This document shows positions 59,586 through 64,000 of a stretch of DNA of 64,000 bases, piece after piece. The notes below the pieces were generated by a model, which saw nothing but the letters and a program-made list of their open reading frames with translations, searched no databases and had not been told where the DNA came from. Position 1 is the first letter of the stretch. Each line of letters opens with the position of its first letter. Origin of the DNA: an uncultured virus (IMG/VR IMGVR_UViG_3300024302_000003) (taxonomy: Duplodnaviria > Heunggongvirae > Uroviricota > Caudoviricetes); the IMG/VR virus record IMGVR_UViG_3300024302_000003, one strand, 5' to 3'. Both the position numbers and the translations under genes were made by a program.

Positions 59586-60167
59586 TTAATTTCCGATTAC
59601 TTCGAAAACGATTTCCCAATCTACAACTAACCCCATAGATACAGGAGCGTTAGCGTTGAAGAATATCTCTGGAAAAGTTATATAAGAGAATAGGTCCAGC
59701 GTATTAGCTGTTGGAGTAGCCTGTACGGGATTAACGCATAAACCTATTTCAGAGATAACTTCAGTTTCTACATGGTCATCAGCCAAGGCGGCTGCCGTGA
59801 AGGTTACAGAGTAATGTGGAGCGCCATCATTATATTCATACTGAACAGGCTCTCTGAATTCTTCTGTTATCAATTTAAAGTCGTCTGAGTCTGGGATATG
59901 ATTAGTGGCTGCCGCTCCAGAACCAAAAGCAATATAGCGAATAGGGGCAGCTAAAGGATCATTGCCCAGCAAGTGCGCCATAAGCATTTTCCCTGTTTTG
60001 ACAATAAGATTCTTTTTTTCGACTAAAACAATACCTTCAGGTTGTTTCTTCTTACCTTCATGAAGACTCAGTAATGTTTTGTGGTCCCTTATCCCATCGT
60101 ATTGGGTAAGGGTAACATGCCCACGCATGGTGGTACCATCGAACTGCTCTATTTTATGGTTGCTCAT
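59586..60167 (-). CDS. tail-collar/fibre-base (DUF3751-like) protein
   Basis: KNLIVKTGK, YIAFGSG, ISEIGL, LFSY, VDWEIVF. Confidence 0.65.
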   Translation of the reverse strand: MSNHKIEQFDGTTMRGHVTLTQYDGIRDHKTLLSLHEGKKKQPEGIVLVEKKNLIVKTGKMLMAHLLGNDPLAAPIRYIAFGSGAAATNHIPDSDDFKLITEEFREPVQYEYNDGAPHYSVTFTAAALADDHVETEVISEIGLCVNPVQATPTANTLDLFSYITFPEIFFNANAPVSMGLVVDWEIVFEVIGN

Positions 60168-60339
60168 AAATAACCTATGTGTACTTATTATATATAGAGT
60201 GTAGCCCTTTTGGAAATATGAACATAAAAATAGGTATAAAGTACTGTACGCTAATTAGCGTAAATGCTACACTTCTTTTTTCGCTTCGTTATACACAGAG
60301 CTTACATAGATACAACCTACCCTAACGATCTGGAGGATC

Positions 60340-60684
60340 ATGTCTACTAAATTACAACCCACTTTATGCCGCATTCGCGCTGGCTTTACTTTATATTTTG
60401 ATAATGGTTACGCCTTGTCTATCCGTTATGGCACAGGCTGTGATTGTGAGAATAAAGATATCAACGGCGAAATTGATCCCACCACTAATAACCTAAGACT
60501 TTTAGAACAGACAGCCACTATGGAAATCGCTATCTTAGATGCTGATAAAGAATTTGTCTGGTTACAAGATGGTGTATTGGGACATGTTCCAGTCGATATA
60601 CTTCCGCAATTAATAGTTGCTGTACGCGAAGGCGACGAAAGCATGTTTAAAATGTTTATAGAAAGCATTGAGGAGGCTCGTTAA
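60340..60684 (+). CDS. conserved phage hypothetical protein
   Basis: GGAGG RBS; FDNGYALSI...EIAIL. Confidence 0.6.
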   Translation: MSTKLQPTLCRIRAGFTLYFDNGYALSIRYGTGCDCENKDINGEIDPTTNNLRLLEQTATMEIAILDADKEFVWLQDGVLGHVPVDILPQLIVAVREGDESMFKMFIESIEEAR

Positions 60685-60937
60685 TGCACCCTCGCTCTAA
60701 AGACCTTTGGGGGTTCTAAAATGAAATACAGAGTAAAAGATTTACGGGACGCAATCAAATATGATGAGTTCCCAGAACTAGCGGACGAGATTGATTCTCG
60801 ACTGTGTAATTTACGCGCACTTAATATTGCCGTATCAGATTTACTTGCTACCATATATGACTCAGAGTTGATTACAGTAAAACCCGCTGTACTATTTGCA
60901 CTTGCTAAATTGATTACTCTTGAGGAGGACATTGACA

Positions 60938-61720
60938 TTGACTGCTAAAATACACTTAATGTCAGACCTTCATCTGGAACATAAGGACTTTACATTCCAC
61001 AAAGTTGACGCAGACTATTTGTGTATTGCAGGAGACTTAGGGGGTGGGAAGTATCTTGGAAAGGTGAAGGACATCGCCCACAGATACAAAAAGGTTTTCC
61101 TTGTAATGGGAAACCACGATTACTACTCCACAAAATATAATATGCGTGAGGTAGAAAATGATTGGGAATCTGTTTTAGAGGGGACTAACATTACACTACT
61201 TAACCCTTACTCAGATAAAATTTCGGAAGATGATTTTGTTCTTATTGGTGCGCCTTTATGGACGGATTTTCACAACGGATGCCCAAAAGCAATAGGGCAA
61301 GCAAAGATATTCATGCCTGATTATAGAGGATACATCAAAGACATCTTTCAAGGCGAAGAAATTCCCTTCACTCCAGAACAGAGTATGGAGCGGCACAGTT
61401 CCGAGCGCAGATATATCCTTAACGCAATAAAATATGTAAAGCAATATCATGCAAGTAAGAAGATTATTGTTATGACCCACCACATGCCAAGTGATAGACT
61501 TACTTCCCGCAAGTATTCCAATAATGATTTGAATGGTGCTTTCTCTTGTAAGGACATGGAAGAAGCAATAGCACAAGTAGATTACTGGTTCTACGGGCAC
61601 ACCCACGACCCTTTTATTGGTAAACTCACTAACGACCCTTGCAAGTTTTATTGCAACCCACGAGGTTATCCTTTCGAGGAAACCCTCTTCAACTCAGAAC
61701 TCGTAATCGAGGTAAACTAA
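60938..61720 (+). CDS. calcineurin-like metallophosphoesterase (paralog of 3607..4380)
   Basis: SDLH, AGD, GNHD, THH, GHTH, NPRGYP; TTG start behind GAGGAGG. Confidence 0.88.
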   Translation: MTAKIHLMSDLHLEHKDFTFHKVDADYLCIAGDLGGGKYLGKVKDIAHRYKKVFLVMGNHDYYSTKYNMREVENDWESVLEGTNITLLNPYSDKISEDDFVLIGAPLWTDFHNGCPKAIGQAKIFMPDYRGYIKDIFQGEEIPFTPEQSMERHSSERRYILNAIKYVKQYHASKKIIVMTHHMPSDRLTSRKYSNNDLNGAFSCKDMEEAIAQVDYWFYGHTHDPFIGKLTNDPCKFYCNPRGYPFEETLFNSELVIEVN

Positions 61721-61721
61721 A

Positions 61722-62108
61722 ATGAGTAACTTCGCATATGAAATAGGGGATGGGTGGCTACCTATCGCAACAGAAGCGGTAAAAAAGATTGAGCGGATTC
61801 ATAAAGGACACTTAGAGATCCCCCCTTCCGTGACTCTGGCTTGGTTTGATACAGAATCAGACATCTCTTTTAAGGAGTGGTATGGCGCTTCAAATATCAC
61901 TCAAGTAAAAGAAAAATATGGAGGTCTCCGTATTTATGTTAAATACAACACGGATGAAATCGACGAAATCATCCGTAAAGCAGAAGAACAATGTTCCCAC
62001 ACTTGTGAAATTTGTGGGACGGATAAAGACGCTGACGAAGTTAAACTTCGTGGAAACAAATGGTACTCAACCCATTGTAAAAAATGTTGGGAGAAAACAA
62101 ATGACTAA
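61722..62108 (+). CDS. conserved phage hypothetical protein (paralog of 571..987)
   Basis: GDGW, QVKEKYGGLRIY, CEIC...CKKC. Confidence 0.65.
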   Translation: MSNFAYEIGDGWLPIATEAVKKIERIHKGHLEIPPSVTLAWFDTESDISFKEWYGASNITQVKEKYGGLRIYVKYNTDEIDEIIRKAEEQCSHTCEICGTDKDADEVKLRGNKWYSTHCKKCWEKTND

Positions 62109-62736
62109 AACAGAAAACACAGACCCAACGGGCAACTACTCATCAGGCGACCGCTCCACGGGATTTTACTCATCAGGCGACCGCTCCACGGGGCATTACT
62201 CATCGGGAAACCACTCATCAGGCGACCACTCATCGGGAAACCACTCATCAGGCGACCACTCATCGGGCGACCGCTCCACGGGAATTTACTCATCAGGCGA
62301 CCGCTCCACGGGAATTTACTCATCAGGCGAGCGCTCCACGGGGCATTGGAGCATTTCCAATTTCTCGACTGGACACTTTAGCACCATCGATTATGCAGGC
62401 TTTGGTGCTTTCAATAAGCCCTGCACAGTTGAAAAGTGGGCAGATGCGCACAAACCACATTTCCTTTTCCGCATATCCCCAACAAGGTGGATAGCAGAAA
62501 ATGAAATGACAGCCAACGAAAAGCAGGGAACCCCTTCTCACAAGACCACAGGCGGTTATCTCAAAACCATATCCATGCAAGAGGCATGGGCAACGGCTTG
62601 GGCAGAAAGGGGGGAGCATGACCTTGAATTGCTCAAAGCACTTCCAAACTTTGATGCTAATGTCTTCAAAGAGATTTCGGGCATTGATATTACTAAAAAC
62701 ATCTGCCCATGTTGTGGGCAGGAGAAAGATAAATGA
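62101..62736 (+). CDS. pentapeptide (Gxx[S/T][S/T]) repeat protein
   Basis: GNYSS-GDRST repeats followed by FNKP...LPNFDANVFKEISGID. Confidence 0.75.
   Translation: MTKTENTDPTGNYSSGDRSTGFYSSGDRSTGHYSSGNHSSGDHSSGNHSSGDHSSGDRSTGIYSSGDRSTGIYSSGERSTGHWSISNFSTGHFSTIDYAGFGAFNKPCTVEKWADAHKPHFLFRISPTRWIAENEMTANEKQGTPSHKTTGGYLKTISMQEAWATAWAERGEHDLELLKALPNFDANVFKEISGIDITKNICPCCGQEKDK
62131..62340 (+). repeat. 14 x 15-nt coding tandem repeat
   Basis: GGN-NNN-NAC-TCA-TCN / GGCGACCGCTCCACG units, in frame. Confidence 0.9.
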
Positions 62737-62985
62737 GCGGCGGCGAATTCGATTACCAAAACCACGCTATCGGCATTGTCAGTAAAGCGATAACAGATGA
62801 AGTTGAGGTCAGCGAAAGGGGCTATTCAGACGCAACAAGGTTTGAACTGGTGCGGATAGCGCGACTGCTTGCGACCTTGGATGACCTTGTGCACCATGCT
62901 GACCTTTTCTACTCTTGTGATATCAGCGAGGAAACTTTCCTTTCGAGGTGCAAGAATTCATGGAACGAAACGGAGGTAAACTAAA

Positions 62986-63342
62986 ATGACTAACACAGCA
63001 TACATAATTGCCCTAATGGGAAAAGAAGTAGATTCCCCTATAATTACAGAGATACAAGAAGTCCACGAGGACAAGAAACAGGCACTAAAAGCCTTAGAAG
63101 TCTTTAGCGAAGACTTGGAGATGATGGATAATTATTGTCCAGAACTAGAATGGTTTGAATTAATCGAAGTTCCTTTTCAATTGTCAATCCCATCGCAAGG
63201 TATCCAACAGGAAAAGGTAGACCATTGGACTGGAAAGGAAGATGGGGATAACACAGGTTGGTGCATTGAGTGCAAGAACCACATCAAAGACATGGGACAT
63301 AAAATGGATTGTTCCCGAAACCCAAAAAACAGAGGAAACTAA
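62986..63342 (+). CDS. hypothetical protein
   Basis: GGAGG RBS; C-terminal CIEC...H...C. Confidence 0.55.
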   Translation: MTNTAYIIALMGKEVDSPIITEIQEVHEDKKQALKALEVFSEDLEMMDNYCPELEWFELIEVPFQLSIPSQGIQQEKVDHWTGKEDGDNTGWCIECKNHIKDMGHKMDCSRNPKNRGN

Positions 63343-63386
63343 AATGAACGATATTGACCCGATAGAACTAAACAAGTTAAAAGATC

Positions 63387-63674
63387 ATGAATAGATACCC
63401 CCCACGAGCCTTTGATGAGGCAATTGATAAACTACCTAAACATATGCGCCTTGGCGTAAAATTATGGATAGAGGAAGGTGTGCCTGGCGGGCACTTCCTC
63501 ATGGCCGTGATGGCTAACGATTTTAAAGAGGTCTTTATGAGGGCGGATAAGACGAATTTAGCTGTCTTGGCTGATTGGGTTAACTTTCTACAGAACCATG
63601 CTCCTATAGGGTGTCAGGGTAATAGGGAGAAAATTAAAGCTTGGAAAGGTTTGATGAATCCAGTTGATACTTGA
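63387..63674 (+). CDS. conserved phage hypothetical protein
   Basis: PGGHFLMAVMAND...RAD. Confidence 0.55.
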   Translation: MNRYPPRAFDEAIDKLPKHMRLGVKLWIEEGVPGGHFLMAVMANDFKEVFMRADKTNLAVLADWVNFLQNHAPIGCQGNREKIKAWKGLMNPVDT

Positions 63675-64000
63675 TATAATGCCTACATGGAACATAATGC
63701 ACTAGGTAAGATGCTTGCGAAGACTGAAGAAACAGCCCAGCGTAAGCTGAATGAGAAGATCGCTCCTCCGTCCGACAAAACCCTTAAGGAATACTTAATA
63801 GAATGTTGGATGGAAGGATATCTTGCTGGGAAAGAAGGCGATGATTCTATGAATCTAGCTACTATTGAGTGCATCGAAAAAAAAGTAATGCGGATGTTTG
63901 CCGATGTCTAATATAACTTTTGAAAAGGCTTGGCATATTTTTACAGGCATTACAAAGACAGATAAAGCCTATGTATATAAGGACTTAGCTCGAAATCGCT

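Noticed and set aside
62131..62340. CRISPR or DGR template repeat
   Set aside because: In-frame 15-nt coding repeats without spacers; a known type of pentapeptide repeat protein
1..64000. Stop-codon reassignment as in some large phages
   Set aside because: Long genes read through in the standard code, TAA, TAG and TGA all end genes at sensible places, and there is no suppressor tRNA

Overview
AT-rich fragment of a large tailed (jumbo-type, probably contractile-tailed) bacteriophage genome in the standard genetic code; no cellular housekeeping genes are seen. Virion and morphogenesis genes lie almost all on the minus strand (GpA-type large terminase, portal, spike-like, tail-collar, LamG/BppU and two giant paralogous virion proteins). 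The minus strand also carries a 2460-aa single-chain beta-beta' RNA polymerase with a non-canonical intein right after the catalytic NADFDGD. Short plus-strand islands carry metabolic and accessory genes (dCMP deaminase, HIT, metallophosphoesterases, RusA, Sak4-like ATPase, MoxR/VWA, methyltransferases) and three tRNAs. The most striking signal is non-coding. 23960-24638 is a head-to-tail array of five ~100-163-nt units that share secondary structure and short spaced motifs but not primary sequence. Each unit has a closing inverted repeat, a 5-nt spacer, AG, a 7-bp hairpin, usually a second small hairpin, AAAC, a long variable hairpin and TAAAG, which resembles retron msr-msd RNAs. About 10 kb away is a divergent retron-like reverse transcriptase (YVDN active site) with an overlapping unknown partner gene and no room for a cis ncRNA. 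RT and array follow the same AGGTATAAA promoter-like motif. I propose (inference, untested) a phage-encoded RT plus multi-template ncRNA array system. All calls come from reading motifs by eye; no searches or folding were run.
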